DNA of 64,000 nucleotides from a plasmid: NCBI RefSeq assembly GCF_058153355.1, contig NZ_JBLWLY010000002.1; one strand, 5' to 3'. Shown piece by piece: positions 39,025 to 51,907 of this stretch (position 1 is its first letter; each line of letters starts with the position of its first letter). The notes under the pieces were generated by a model. It saw only the letters and a program-made list of their open reading frames with translations, ran no database searches and was not told where the DNA came from. The position numbers and the translations under genes were made by a program.

Positions 39025-41529
39025 ATGGAAAAGAAAACCTCTTTTTCTGTTAACAATATTACATATGCATTAATGCTTTCTTTGGCTGGAGTGCCGGTTT
39101 ATGCCGTCGACTTTAATACAGATGTTCTGGATGCAGCTGACAGACAGAATATCGATCTTTCTAGATTCTCTCAGGCGGGATATATCATGCCTGGGCAGTA
39201 TCAGATGGAAATTATGGTGAATGATCAAGGAATTTCACTATCGACGTTTCCTGTGACAGTTTTGGAACCACCATTTTCAGGTTCAGACAAAGAGAAAACG
39301 TTGCCTCAAGCTTGTCTGACACCGGAGATAATCGCCAGGATAGGGCTGACTGAGGTGTCACTGGAAAAAGTAACTTACTGGAATAATGGGCAATGTGCGG
39401 ATTTTAGTCAGTTACCGGGGGTGGAGATTCGTCCGAATCCGGCTGAAGGGATGCTATATATCAATATGCCTCAGGCTTGGTTGGAGTATTCCGATGCTTC
39501 TTGGCTGCCGCCATCTCGTTGGGATAACGGTATTCCAGGGCTATTGTTTGACTACAACATCAACGGGACAGTGAACAAAACACATCAAGGAAAACAGTTC
39601 CAGTCGCTGAGTTATAATGGTACAGCCGGTATTAACTTCGGGGCATGGCGTTTGCGCGCAGACTATCAAGGTAATCTGAATCACACTACAGGCAGTGCGC
39701 AGGGGACAGACAGACAGTTCTCTTGGAGCCGTTTTTACATGTACCGAGCCATCCCGCGTTGGCGTACAAAACTCACCTTGGGTGAAAACTATATTAATTC
39801 TGAAATATTTAGTCCTTGGCGCTATACCGGTGTCAGTCTGGAAAGTGATGATCGCATGTTGCCTCCGAAACTACGTGGTTATGCACCACAGGTCTCAGGA
39901 ATAGCAGATACAAACGCGCGCGTTGTGATTTCACAGCAGGGACGTGTTCTTTATGACTCCATCGTACCAGCAGGTCCATTCACCATTCAAGATTTGGACA
40001 GTTCTGTGCGTGGTCGTTTGGATGTTGAAGTTAGTGAACAAGACGGGCGTAAAAAAAACTTCCAGGTGGACACTGCTTATGTACCGAATCTGACCCGTCC
40101 GGGTCAGATTCGGTATAAGATTGTGTCCGGTCGTTCGCGTAATTATGAGCATACCACGGAAGGTCCTGTTTTTGTTGCAGGGGAGGCATCTTGGGGTATC
40201 AGCAACACGTGGTCACTTTACGGTGGAGGTATCGTTACCGGAGATTACAACGCATTAGCTGTCGGATTGGGGCGTGACCTGAATGAGTTCGGTACAGTTT
40301 CGACTGACGTGACTCAGTCCGTAACCCGAATATCAGAAGAGAATACAAAACAGGGCAAATCTTGGCGTCTGAGTTATTCCAAACGTTTTGATGACGTGAA
40401 TGCAGACATCACCTTTGCAGGTTACCGCTTTTCGGAGCAAAATTATATGACAATGGACCAGTATCTCAATGCTCGTTACAGGAGTGATTTCACTGAACGA
40501 GAGAAAGAATTGTACACTGTCACGTTTAATAAGAATTTTGAGGACTGGAATACTTCAGTCAACGTACAGTATAGCCATCAGACTTACTGGAACTACCGGA
40601 CATCAGACTATTATACGCTGTCGGTGAATCGTTACTTCGATGTATTCAACTTTAAGAACATTTCATTAGGCCTGTCTGCATCTCGCTCTAAATACCAGGA
40701 TAAGGATAATGATTCAGCATTTTTACGTCTGTCTGTTCCATGGGGAACAGGCACAGTTAGTTATAGTGGTAGCATGGGTAATAACCGCTACACCAATACG
40801 ATGGGCTTCAGCGATATGCTGAATGATGGGCTGGACAGTTACAGTCTGAATGCTGGGGTGAGTAGTGGAGGTGGTCAGCCGTCGCAGAGTCAGATGAGTG
40901 CTTACTACAACCACAGCAGTCCGTTTGCGAATCTGTCAGCCAACTTTTCTACGGTAAAGAACGGTTATACCTCATTCGGGATGAGTGCATCGGGCGGAAC
41001 CACTATTACGGCAAAAGGCGCAGCCCTGCATGCAGGAGGCATGAATGGAGGAACCCGCTTGCAGGTCGACACCGATGGTGTTGGAGGCGTACCAGTTGAC
41101 GGAAGCCGCGTCTTCACCAATCGTTGGGGGATTGGTGTGGTAACTGATGTAAACAGTTATTATCGTAACACCACTTCTGTTGACCTGAATAACCTGCCGG
41201 AAAATATGGAAGCAACCCGTTCAGTGGTGGAATCCGTGTTGACAGAAGGGGCTATTGGTTATCGCGAGTTTAAGGTTCTGGAAGGAAATCGCCTATTTGC
41301 TGTCTTGCGATTGGCAGATAACAGTCATCCTCCGTTTGGAGCTAGTGTGACGAATGCGAAAGGTCGTGAGCTGGGTATAGTGTCAGATGGTGGTCTTGTT
41401 TGGCTGAGTGGAGTAAATCCGGGTGAAACTTTGAATGTGGGCTGGGATGGCAGGATGCAGTGTGTGGTGAACATCCCAACAAATCTGGTCACGATACAGC
41501 AATTGCTACCTTGCCGTAGAGAGATGTAA
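39025..41529 (+). CDS. fimbrial usher (outer membrane, FimD/PapC family)
   Basis: About 835 aa from MEKKTSF; signal peptide. Confidence 0.85.
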   Translation: MEKKTSFSVNNITYALMLSLAGVPVYAVDFNTDVLDAADRQNIDLSRFSQAGYIMPGQYQMEIMVNDQGISLSTFPVTVLEPPFSGSDKEKTLPQACLTPEIIARIGLTEVSLEKVTYWNNGQCADFSQLPGVEIRPNPAEGMLYINMPQAWLEYSDASWLPPSRWDNGIPGLLFDYNINGTVNKTHQGKQFQSLSYNGTAGINFGAWRLRADYQGNLNHTTGSAQGTDRQFSWSRFYMYRAIPRWRTKLTLGENYINSEIFSPWRYTGVSLESDDRMLPPKLRGYAPQVSGIADTNARVVISQQGRVLYDSIVPAGPFTIQDLDSSVRGRLDVEVSEQDGRKKNFQVDTAYVPNLTRPGQIRYKIVSGRSRNYEHTTEGPVFVAGEASWGISNTWSLYGGGIVTGDYNALAVGLGRDLNEFGTVSTDVTQSVTRISEENTKQGKSWRLSYSKRFDDVNADITFAGYRFSEQNYMTMDQYLNARYRSDFTEREKELYTVTFNKNFEDWNTSVNVQYSHQTYWNYRTSDYYTLSVNRYFDVFNFKNISLGLSASRSKYQDKDNDSAFLRLSVPWGTGTVSYSGSMGNNRYTNTMGFSDMLNDGLDSYSLNAGVSSGGGQPSQSQMSAYYNHSSPFANLSANFSTVKNGYTSFGMSASGGTTITAKGAALHAGGMNGGTRLQVDTDGVGGVPVDGSRVFTNRWGIGVVTDVNSYYRNTTSVDLNNLPENMEATRSVVESVLTEGAIGYREFKVLEGNRLFAVLRLADNSHPPFGASVTNAKGRELGIVSDGGLVWLSGVNPGETLNVGWDGRMQCVVNIPTNLVTIQQLLPCRREM

Positions 41530-41635
41530 CGAACTAACTGCCGGTAGTAGCACCCTTGTGCAATTATGTATAAATAGGCTGTGTTACTCCACAGACAGAG
41601 AGTGACACCAGAACAGAGGAAAAACATGCTAAAAA

Positions 41636-42357
41636 TGAAACTAGTGCTGAAAAAAACATTTATGGTAATGGCATGCTTGAGTACAGTTTTTGAGGCACAG
41701 GCGGCAATCTCGTTGGACCGTACACGCGCGATTTTTAATGGCGGTGATAAGTCTATGACGCTGAATATTGCCAATGATAATAAGCAACTCCCCTATCTAG
41801 CTCAGGCCTGGATAGAGAATGAAAAACAGGAAAAAATCACCACTGGCCCGATTATCGCTACTCCACCAGTACAGCGCTTGGAAGCAGGAGCCAGAAGCAT
41901 GGTTCGTCTGATCGGCACACCGGATATCAGCAAATTGCCTCAAGACAAGGAGTCTTTGTTTTACTTCAATCTTCGTGAAATTCCGCCGAAAAGTGATAAG
42001 GCAAATGTACTGCAGATAGCCTTGCAGACAAAAATTAAATTATTCTATCGCCCTAAAGCCATAGAAGCAAAACCCAATGCTGTATGGCAGGACCTGCTGG
42101 TACTGAATAAAACCAGCGGAGGATACCGGATTGAAAACCCAACACCGTATTATGTAACGGTGATTGGTTTTGGTGGCAGTGAAAAACAGGCGAAAGAAAG
42201 TAAGTTTGAAGCGGTGATGTTGGCACCGAAGTCTGCACAGACGATAAAGGCCGCGAGCTATAGTACACCGTATCTGGCATATATCAATGACTACGGGGGG
42301 CGTCCGGTCTTGCAGTTCAGCTGCAGTGGTGAGCGCTGTACGGCAGTGAAGAAATAA
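41636..42357 (+). CDS. periplasmic fimbrial chaperone (PapD-like)
   Basis: About 240 aa; RBS GAGGA. Confidence 0.8.
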
Positions 42358-42375
42358 GAATCAACCGGAGATGGG

Positions 42376-42954
42376 ATGAACAGTACAACGACAGGGATTT
42401 GCTTGATGGCTCTGCTGGTGAGTTACAGCATGAACGGTGTGCTGCGGGCAGATGAACTGGTGAGGCGGGGTAACTTTTTTGCAGCAAATGAGCACCGCCA
42501 TCAGTGGATCAATGAACGCAACGGGCGGACGGGGCAACTACTGGTCAGTGGTAGTCTCGTTTCATCTCCGTGCACGCTCGAGACAAATGAGGTGATGTTG
42601 TTACCGCCGGAGTCAAACAAAGGAATCACGATGCATTACGCACTAGAGGTGAATCTTCAGGGGTGTGGTAACGGTGGAAAAGTAACCTCTGACAAATCGA
42701 GAGAGAGTCGTGACAGCATGACGGTGATGCAGAGTGTTTTGCTGACAGGCGGAGGGCTACAGCCGGATCAATGGTTGGTTAGTGCTGGTCCAGCTGCTGT
42801 GTACGACGGTGCTAATCGGTTTACGTACTGGTTAAGTGATGCACAGCAGCAGGTATTGGTGGAACAACAGAAAACGAATTGTAAGCAAGGAAAAACATAC
42901 ATGAACCCACGAGATAGCCATGCCCTGTTGCATTTGCGGCTGGATTATGAATAA
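42376..42954 (+). CDS. fimbrial subunit
   Basis: 192 aa, C-terminus LHLRLDYE. Confidence 0.65.
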   Translation: MNSTTTGICLMALLVSYSMNGVLRADELVRRGNFFAANEHRHQWINERNGRTGQLLVSGSLVSSPCTLETNEVMLLPPESNKGITMHYALEVNLQGCGNGGKVTSDKSRESRDSMTVMQSVLLTGGGLQPDQWLVSAGPAAVYDGANRFTYWLSDAQQQVLVEQQKTNCKQGKTYMNPRDSHALLHLRLDYE

Positions 42955-42962
42955 AGGGAAAA

Positions 42963-43517
42963 ATGGTGAATAAAAATAGGGTATACGGAGCATTATTCAA
43001 CGTCCTGTTATCAGCAATATTTTTGCCTGTATCTGGATATGCCTCAGAGCTTGGATTCAAGGGAAATTTGCTGGACAGGCCTTGCCAAATTGATTTGGCA
43101 ACGACATTGCAGGATGTGACGTTTATGGATACAGCAACACGTCTGTACCATGTTTGGCCAGGTAAAAGCCATGAAAAGAAGTTTCAGATAAAGCTGATTA
43201 ACTGTCGTGAAGCCGCAATGGGGAAAGTGGCGCAGCTCATCTTTAAGGGAGGTGAAGAATCTGCGCTATCTGGGTATCTGCAGGTTAGTGGTGTGAACAG
43301 AGGGAAATTGGGAATAGGGATTATTGATACCGATGGCCGCAGCCTTTTGAAGCTGAATCAGGTTCATAATGGTGGGCAGGGTAACAGAGTGGATCTGGAC
43401 AGCGTGACACTGAATTTTAAAGCTTTTGTTCAGGCTACTCCAGAAGCTATTACAAATAAGACTGTTCTGCCGGGAGGTTTTAGTTCAACGGCAATATTTG
43501 AAATATTATACAACTAA
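42963..43517 (+). CDS. fimbrial subunit
   Basis: 184 aa, signal peptide, C-terminus AIFEILYN. Confidence 0.7.
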   Translation: MVNKNRVYGALFNVLLSAIFLPVSGYASELGFKGNLLDRPCQIDLATTLQDVTFMDTATRLYHVWPGKSHEKKFQIKLINCREAAMGKVAQLIFKGGEESALSGYLQVSGVNRGKLGIGIIDTDGRSLLKLNQVHNGGQGNRVDLDSVTLNFKAFVQATPEAITNKTVLPGGFSSTAIFEILYN

Positions 43518-43533
43518 TAAATCAGGGGCGCAC

Positions 43534-44061
43534 ATGAAAAAAAACACTCTGGGAATTATGTTATTCACAGTATTATTTATGCCTACTGCGGTACAAGCAA
43601 TTGATAATCTGAAGTTTAGAGGAAATTTGGTTATACCAAACTGCACCATTAATAACGGAAACCCAATTGAAACGGATTTCAGAAATATTGAGATACAAAC
43701 AATCACGGTTGTAAATACAGGGTATCACTGGAAATTACTACATATTCCGATTAATTGCCCTTATGTTATGGGTACGCCAAAAATTAAAATAACAGGAACT
43801 CAAGGGGCGGCAGTTAATAGCATTCAAACTAACAAGTACCCTGATGAAAAACTTGTAATTTATTTAAAACAATCCACTTCTACTGGAAGTAAAGGTAATG
43901 ATATTAAATTGGGACAGTATCAGATATTGAATTCAAACGCAGTAAACAATACAAAAGATAATATATATATCACTGCTGGTATAGGACGGGAGGGAAATTT
44001 GTCATTGTTAACACCTGGTCCATTTATTGCGGCAGCTACGCTGGAGGTTCGTTACGAATAA
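43534..44061 (+). CDS. fimbrial subunit
   Basis: 175 aa from MKKNTLG, C-terminus ATLEVRYE. Confidence 0.7.
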   Translation: MKKNTLGIMLFTVLFMPTAVQAIDNLKFRGNLVIPNCTINNGNPIETDFRNIEIQTITVVNTGYHWKLLHIPINCPYVMGTPKIKITGTQGAAVNSIQTNKYPDEKLVIYLKQSTSTGSKGNDIKLGQYQILNSNAVNNTKDNIYITAGIGREGNLSLLTPGPFIAAATLEVRYE

Positions 44062-44392
44062 TTAACTATTTAAAATAGATTATTTATTAGAGTAATGGTT
44101 ATGTTGGGAATTATTTATTTTGAAGTGGCTACTGGCCGAACGGGAATGCAGAATGAGGGTGAAAAGTGGAGATAATTCAAGAAAAACAGGTGACCTCAGA
44201 AAGATGACTATTCCAGTCATCTTACTAAGATAATGGAATAGTGACAGTGGTAGTTCGACCAGAATCGGTTTGCAGAGATGAAAAGTTATTTTAAAGTACT
44301 CTGGTAATCTGGATGGTGTATCCCCTAATCAAGAATGGAAAAATGTGAAAACAGAGCCCCTTACCAGATAAACAAAAGGAGTGAATATAATA

Positions 44393-44929
44393 ATGTTGAA
44401 AAGAAGCCAACTCTCAGGTCTGATAGCTGCCGGCCTGTTGTTTACATCAATTCAAGTGTTAGCAGTGGATGTACCGATAAAAATCGTAGGGACAATACAA
44501 ATTCCCCCTTGTCAGGTAAATAACGGGGAAATGATAGAAGTAAATCTCGGTGATATATCGGTGACCGATGTTGAAAATAAGCGTAACCAGCGAAAGATCA
44601 GCGTTCCTGTTACCTGTAGGTATGCGCAGGGCACTGCCTACATAAAAATAACAGGAACTCCGTTGGGGAAAAACACAAATGTACTAGTGACGAACGTGGA
44701 TAATTTTGGTATTGCCCTTTACCAAGGAGATGGGACCATAACAAAACTGGTCTTGGGTGATGGAAAGTATAACGGGCAGAACTCTATCGGTTATCCAATA
44801 GAGACAGGACTCACCGGAAAAGAGAGTGGAACGTTTACATTTACTGCCGCTCCTTATAAAGAAGAAAATAAAGATCTAACAGCTGTTGCATTCACAGCTT
44901 CAGCAAATATGAATATCAGTTATTTCTAA
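44393..44929 (+). CDS. fimbrial subunit
   Basis: 178 aa from MLKRSQL, RBS AAGGAG. Confidence 0.7.
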   Translation: MLKRSQLSGLIAAGLLFTSIQVLAVDVPIKIVGTIQIPPCQVNNGEMIEVNLGDISVTDVENKRNQRKISVPVTCRYAQGTAYIKITGTPLGKNTNVLVTNVDNFGIALYQGDGTITKLVLGDGKYNGQNSIGYPIETGLTGKESGTFTFTAAPYKEENKDLTAVAFTASANMNISYF

Positions 44930-44942
44930 TAAAAAGTAAGTA

Positions 44943-46440
44943 AGGCAGTATGACTTTCCGTGAGACAGATGCTGGCCAACGTGGGATATTTAACGCGGGT
45001 TAACATCGTTGTCAGAGCCGCATGGGTGAGCTGTTGCTACACCCCGGTATTTCCACCACGGAGGCCAGCATGAACAACAATAACACATTGTACGTCGGGT
45101 TAGATGTTCACAAAGAATCGATTACTGTCGCTTATGCTATCAATTCAGAACCTGTTGAACTGATGGGTAAAATTGGCACATCACCTACTGATATTCAGAA
45201 TCTTTGTAAACGTCTCAGGTCAAAGTCATCGCAGGTCAGTATCGTTTATGAAGCGGGGCCCTGTGGTTATGGACTTTATCGTCGGCTGGTGAAATCCGGT
45301 TTTGACTGCATGGTCTGCGCCCCCTCACTTATCCCGAAAAAACCGGGGGAGCGGGTTAAAACCGATCGCCGTGATGCCATCAGACTTGTGCGTTCACTGC
45401 GTGCAGGAGATCTTTCTGCTGTCTACGTACCCGGCATTGAAGATGAGGCATTCCGGGATTTGGCCCGGGCATGGGCATCTGCCCGCGATGATTTACGGCA
45501 TGCAAGGCAACGTCTGAAATCGTTTCTTCTGGTTCATGGGGTCCATTATGTCGGGCGAGCAGATTGGGGCCCTGCACACCGACGCTGGCTCAGCAAATAC
45601 TCATTCGAAAGTCCCTGGCGACAATTAGCTTTTGACGAACACCGTCGTACAATAGAAGACCGGCAGGCACAATGTGAACGGCTGGAATCCGCCCTGAAGG
45701 AGGCCGTTACCGAATGGAGGCTGTATCCGGTAGTAGAGGCGCTGCAAGCCATGCGAGGGATTCAGTTTATTACTGCGGTTGGATTAATTTCTGAACTGGG
45801 TGATCTGACCCGTTTTGAACATCCACGACAACTGATGTCATGGTTTGGTATCACGCCATCAGAATATTCATCGGGTGGAAGCAGACATCAGGGCAGCATT
45901 ACCAAAGCCGGAAACAGCTATGCCAGAAAGCTATTGGTCGAGGCAGCGTGGAGTTACCGTCATCCGGCACGCATCAGTCCGGCAATACAAAAAAGGCAGG
46001 AAAATTTACCCCGCCCCGTCATTGACAGAGCATGGGATGCTCAACTCAGGCTTTGTAAGAGGTATCGAAAACTTCAGGCCAAAGGAAAGAATGTCAATAT
46101 TACAATTGTTGCTGTTGCACGTGAGCTGGCGGGTTTTATCTGGGATATGGGCCGAATAGCAATGTCTGTCGCACAACAACCACAATGTCACAAATAAAAA
46201 ATGAGAATAACCAGTTCCCTGAAGGCGACGTAGCCCGGTACAAGAGTAACCCACGTTAGCGCTTGGCGACGGCGGAACAAAGCTGATTCGCGACGTAAGA
46301 AAGTGGCAGGCTCATATGACGGACCTCTGTAATGCGGTATCCAACCCGCGAATATCAGCGTGATTCACCGTCGGATTTACTGCTACGTCGCCCTCAGGGA
46401 ATTAAACCTAAAAAGAAAATCGTCAAAATTAGAGATTCCG
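44943..46440 (+). mobile_element. IS110-family element copy 2; boundaries approximate
   Basis: Inverted copy of 30861..32347. Confidence 0.65.
45070..46197 (+). CDS. IS110-family transposase
   Basis: Same as copy 1. Confidence 0.85.
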   Translation: MNNNNTLYVGLDVHKESITVAYAINSEPVELMGKIGTSPTDIQNLCKRLRSKSSQVSIVYEAGPCGYGLYRRLVKSGFDCMVCAPSLIPKKPGERVKTDRRDAIRLVRSLRAGDLSAVYVPGIEDEAFRDLARAWASARDDLRHARQRLKSFLLVHGVHYVGRADWGPAHRRWLSKYSFESPWRQLAFDEHRRTIEDRQAQCERLESALKEAVTEWRLYPVVEALQAMRGIQFITAVGLISELGDLTRFEHPRQLMSWFGITPSEYSSGGSRHQGSITKAGNSYARKLLVEAAWSYRHPARISPAIQKRQENLPRPVIDRAWDAQLRLCKRYRKLQAKGKNVNITIVAVARELAGFIWDMGRIAMSVAQQPQCHK

Positions 46441-46489
46441 GTTTGACACGGAAAGTCATATCAGCGTCAACGGAGCACCGTATTGACGC

Positions 46490-46785
46490 TTATTTATTGG
46501 TGAGTGCTACGTTCCATGGCAGGAGTTCGTCAACACGGTTGGAAGGCCATTCCGGCAGTACGCTCAGGATATGGCGCAGATACGCTTCCGGATCGATACC
46601 GTTCAGTCGGCAGGTGCCGGTCAGCCCGTACAGTAGCGCACCACGCTCTCCACCGTGATCGCTGCCGAAGAACATAAAGTTTTTCTTTCCGAGACAGACT
46701 GCACGAAGCGCTCTTTCCGCGGCATTATTATCCGCCTCAGCCAGACCATCATCACTGAAGTTGCACAACGCAACCCAGTGCTTCC
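46490..46785 (-). pseudogene. IS66-family tnpC 3' fragment, cut by IS600
   Basis: Same C-terminal sequence as 30526..30807. Confidence 0.7.
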
Positions 46786-47442
46786 TGAGGTGTACTGGCA
46801 ATAGCGGACACCACCATTTGTTCTTTTTCTAAGCAGTCATCTGATAATATTTTATCCTGAAGGCTGCCGGGGAGATATTCCCCAGACGAGAGTGACGACG
46901 CTGACGATTGTAGAAAATCTCAATGTATTCCCGTATTACTGAGATGGCTTCATCCCGGCTCTTAAAACGATAGTGGCTCAGGCTTTCATTTTTCAGCGTT
47001 CCCCAGAAGCTTTCCATCGGAGCGTTGTCGTAACAGTTACCTTTACGCGACATTGATGTTTTCAGACCAGACTGCTCCTGTATGACCCGGTAATCGTATG
47101 CGCAGTACTGTGAACCTCGCTCGGAGTGGTGGATTAGCCCGGCAGGTGGGCGCTGGCTCCTGAGCGCCATAAACAGGGCTTTACCCGTCAACTCTTTCGT
47201 CATGCGCTCTCCCGTGGCGTAACCGACAATTTCGCACGTATAAACATCTTTGACGCCGGCGAGATACAGCCATCCTTTCCGGGTGGCAACATACGTTATA
47301 TCTGCGACCCAGACCTGATTAGGTGCTGTGGGCGTAAAGTTCTGATTCAGCAGATTCGGCGTAACCGGCAGATTGTGGTCAGAGTTTGTGGTCGCCCTGA
47401 ACTTGCGTTTCTGCTTACAGTGCAGCCTCAGCTCCTTACGAA
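46786..47442 (-). mobile_element. IS600 partial copy (right end plus orfB C-terminal 124 codons)
   Basis: IS600 end at 46786; similarity to full copies stops near 47442. Confidence 0.8.
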
Positions 47443-47625
47443 GAAACTGCTTCGGTCATGTAGTCGCTAATACGTTCTGCGGTAATTTTCGTTATTTCAT
47501 CGTAATTCATTTTATCTCCTACAAGATTATTTAATGGAATGCAAAATATCTGGCCTGATAATAATGTTCCAGAATTAATATCTGCAGGCTATGTTAAGTT
47601 GTCCCCACACACAATCTACCTGTTT

Positions 47626-47893
47626 TCTCGTGTGTGCCACAGGCGCAATACATAAATAGTCTGGCCATTAAGTTCGTAACGGATTTCGTACTCGCCAGCA
47701 AAAATCCGTCTGACCTCCCTGGGTTCAAACTGAAACAACTGTTCATCCCATACGTGGATGAGTTAACAGAATGACCGGTGCCTGTGTCAGGGATTGCACC
47801 GTTCTGGCTGGCCGCAGGTTTACTGGCCAGCACCAGAAAATCATATAACCGCGCCAAATCAGAAAGCGCCTTACTGGTCCACTTCAGTTCCAT
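47626..47893 (-). pseudogene. RelE/ParE-family toxin gene split over three frames
   Basis: Manual translation: MELKWTSKALSDLARLYDFLVLASKPAA / RTVQSLTQAPVILLTHPRMG / DEQLFQFEPREVRRIFAGEYEIRYELNGQTIYVLRLWHTRENR in successive frames. Confidence 0.5.
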
Positions 47894-48177
47894 CAGCGTG
47901 GCACCGGTAACGGATTGTCAGTACTGAGGCTGTCCGCCCAGGCCTGTACAGCCTGATGGTCGATAACCTGTCCGGATGTCACATCGTCCAGGGCTTCCAG
48001 CGTCAGGCGATTATGCTCCTCCTCCTGGGCAAGCCATGCAGAAAGCGCCTGTTTGATAACCCAGCCCCGGGAGCGTTCCAGCCTGGCGGCCATCTGGTCG
48101 ACTTTATCAGCCATAGGTAATGGCACATGCGCGGTAATTACTTTTGTTGCTTGTGCACTATTGTTTTTCATTTGCAT
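47893..48177 (-). CDS. antitoxin-like DNA-binding protein paired with the degraded toxin
   Basis: 94-aa intact ORF; 1-nt overlap with toxin start. Confidence 0.55.
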   Translation of the reverse strand: MQMKNNSAQATKVITAHVPLPMADKVDQMAARLERSRGWVIKQALSAWLAQEEEHNRLTLEALDDVTSGQVIDHQAVQAWADSLSTDNPLPVPR

Positions 48178-48398
48178 ATCCGATTAGTTGTTAATCATAT
48201 TTAATCATAGTGATTACTTTCAGACGGAACAAGGCAAATAATGCGCGTCAGCGCATGTAAGGCGGTATACGGTGGTTACATGTAGCACAGGTGTAAAACC
48301 GCCGAAGCCCGGCGTAAGCCGGTACTGATTGATAGATTTTGTCAACGCCACGATGTTTGACCGTTATTTGCCATTTTCATGCCCGCTAAATACTTTCG

Positions 48399-50368
<1,970 letters not shown>

Positions 50369-50465
50369 GTTGATGTCCTTTCTGGTGTGAGAACCTTAAG
50401 GAAACAACATGTTGGGTGGAGCGGACAATCCAAATGGTGAATTACCGTCTTATATCACTGGCGCT

Positions 50466-51192
50466 GACAGTGCTGAATACCCGTGCCTTTTTCCGCTCCC
50501 CGAGCCATCAGATTGCAGAGTTTGCTGCCGGTGAAATTGGTGAGAAAGAACACCTGAAAGCCAGTCTGCAGTATTCCTACGGTGCTGACCCCGTGCGTGA
50601 CGGGATATCAACCGGTAAGGAGATGGAGCGCCAGACGCTGGTCAGTTATTCCGACATTCAGTCCCTGCCGGATCTGACCTGCTATGTCACCCTGCCCGGA
50701 CCGTATCCGGCAGTAAAACTCTCACTGAAATATCAGGCACGTCCGAAGGTTGCCCCGGAGTTTATTCCGCGTGAAATCAACCCGGAAATGGAGAATCGCC
50801 TGAGTGCCGTGCTTGCCGCAAGGGAAGCAGAAGGTCGCCAGATGGCCAGCCTCTTCGAACCGGATGTGCCGGAGGTTGTTTCCGGAGAGGACGTGACTCA
50901 GCCACAACAGCCAGTGTCTTCGGTCATCAATGATAAGAAGTCAGATGCAGGTATGAATGTTCCGGCAGGGGGGATCGAGCAGGAGCTGAAAATGAAACCG
51001 GAAGAAGAGATGGAACAGCAACTGCCACCCGGGATCAGTGGATCCGGTGAATTGGTGGATATGACCGCTTATGAGGCATGGCAACAGGAAAATCATCCGG
51101 ACATTCAGCAGCAGATGCAGCGTCGTGAAGAGGTGAACATTAATGTGCACCGGGAGCGCGGGGAGGATGTTGAGCCGGGAGATGATTTCTGA
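50466..51192 (+). pseudogene. traD: traD 3' fragment (coupling protein C-terminal tail), 5' part removed by the IS21-family element
   Basis: C-terminus [20 protein letters not shown] as recalled for F TraD. Confidence 0.75.
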
Positions 51193-51200
51193 TGAACAGG

Positions 51201-51599
51201 TCAGCTCCAGTCTTCAGTTCTCAGGCCGCCCACACGTTCAAATTCCCGGGTGTTATTAGTCACAATAATCAGCCCCCGACTGCGGGCATGACCTGCGATC
51301 ATTTGATCAAATGGCCCGACAGGGCGTCCCTGACGGGCAAGTTCTGCTCTTATCTGGCCGGTGTGTGTGGCTGCAGCAGCGTCGTAATCCAGAACATCAA
51401 TGCGGGAAACAAATCCCTCGATCACAGCGAGATTACGTTCAGGCATCTGGCTTTTTTCTGCACCATATATCAGCTCCATCAGGGTGACCGAACTGATACA
51501 CATTCTCCTCTGGTTCAGGTTAAAACGCTCCCTGACGCTGGCGGGTTTGTTCTTTATCGTAAAAATGCAGATGTTGGTATCGAGCATAAACTTCAGCAT
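51201..51599 (-). CDS. vapC: VapC/MvpT PIN-domain toxin
   Basis: 132 aa; N-terminal MLKFMLDTNICI. Confidence 0.85.
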   Translation of the reverse strand: MLKFMLDTNICIFTIKNKPASVRERFNLNQRRMCISSVTLMELIYGAEKSQMPERNLAVIEGFVSRIDVLDYDAAAATHTGQIRAELARQGRPVGPFDQMIAGHARSRGLIIVTNNTREFERVGGLRTEDWS

Positions 51600-51826
51600 C
51601 AGAATGACTCCCTTTCCTGCATGCCGGGCTGTTCCCTGTTATCCATAAAATCGGCGCTGACGCTGTGTCCGTCGAACCATTCGTCCCATGTCTCTCCGGC
51701 TGGCGTAATGATTCTGGTTCGTCCGACAGCAATCACTTCAACGCGTTTTACGTTTTCCGGCAATGCAACCGCTTTTGGCAGTCTGACCGCCTGGCTGCGG
51801 TTGCTGAGAAATACGGTGGTTTCCAT
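51599..51826 (-). CDS. vapB: VapB/MvpA antitoxin
   Basis: 75 aa; 1-nt overlap with vapC. Confidence 0.85.
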   Translation of the reverse strand: METTVFLSNRSQAVRLPKAVALPENVKRVEVIAVGRTRIITPAGETWDEWFDGHSVSADFMDNREQPGMQERESF

Positions 51827-51907
51827 TATTTGCCTCCTTATGTGGATATGTCTTGTGTATATCCATTGTGGGATTGATACCGGGATATGTCAAAGGGATA
51901 TACGTTT

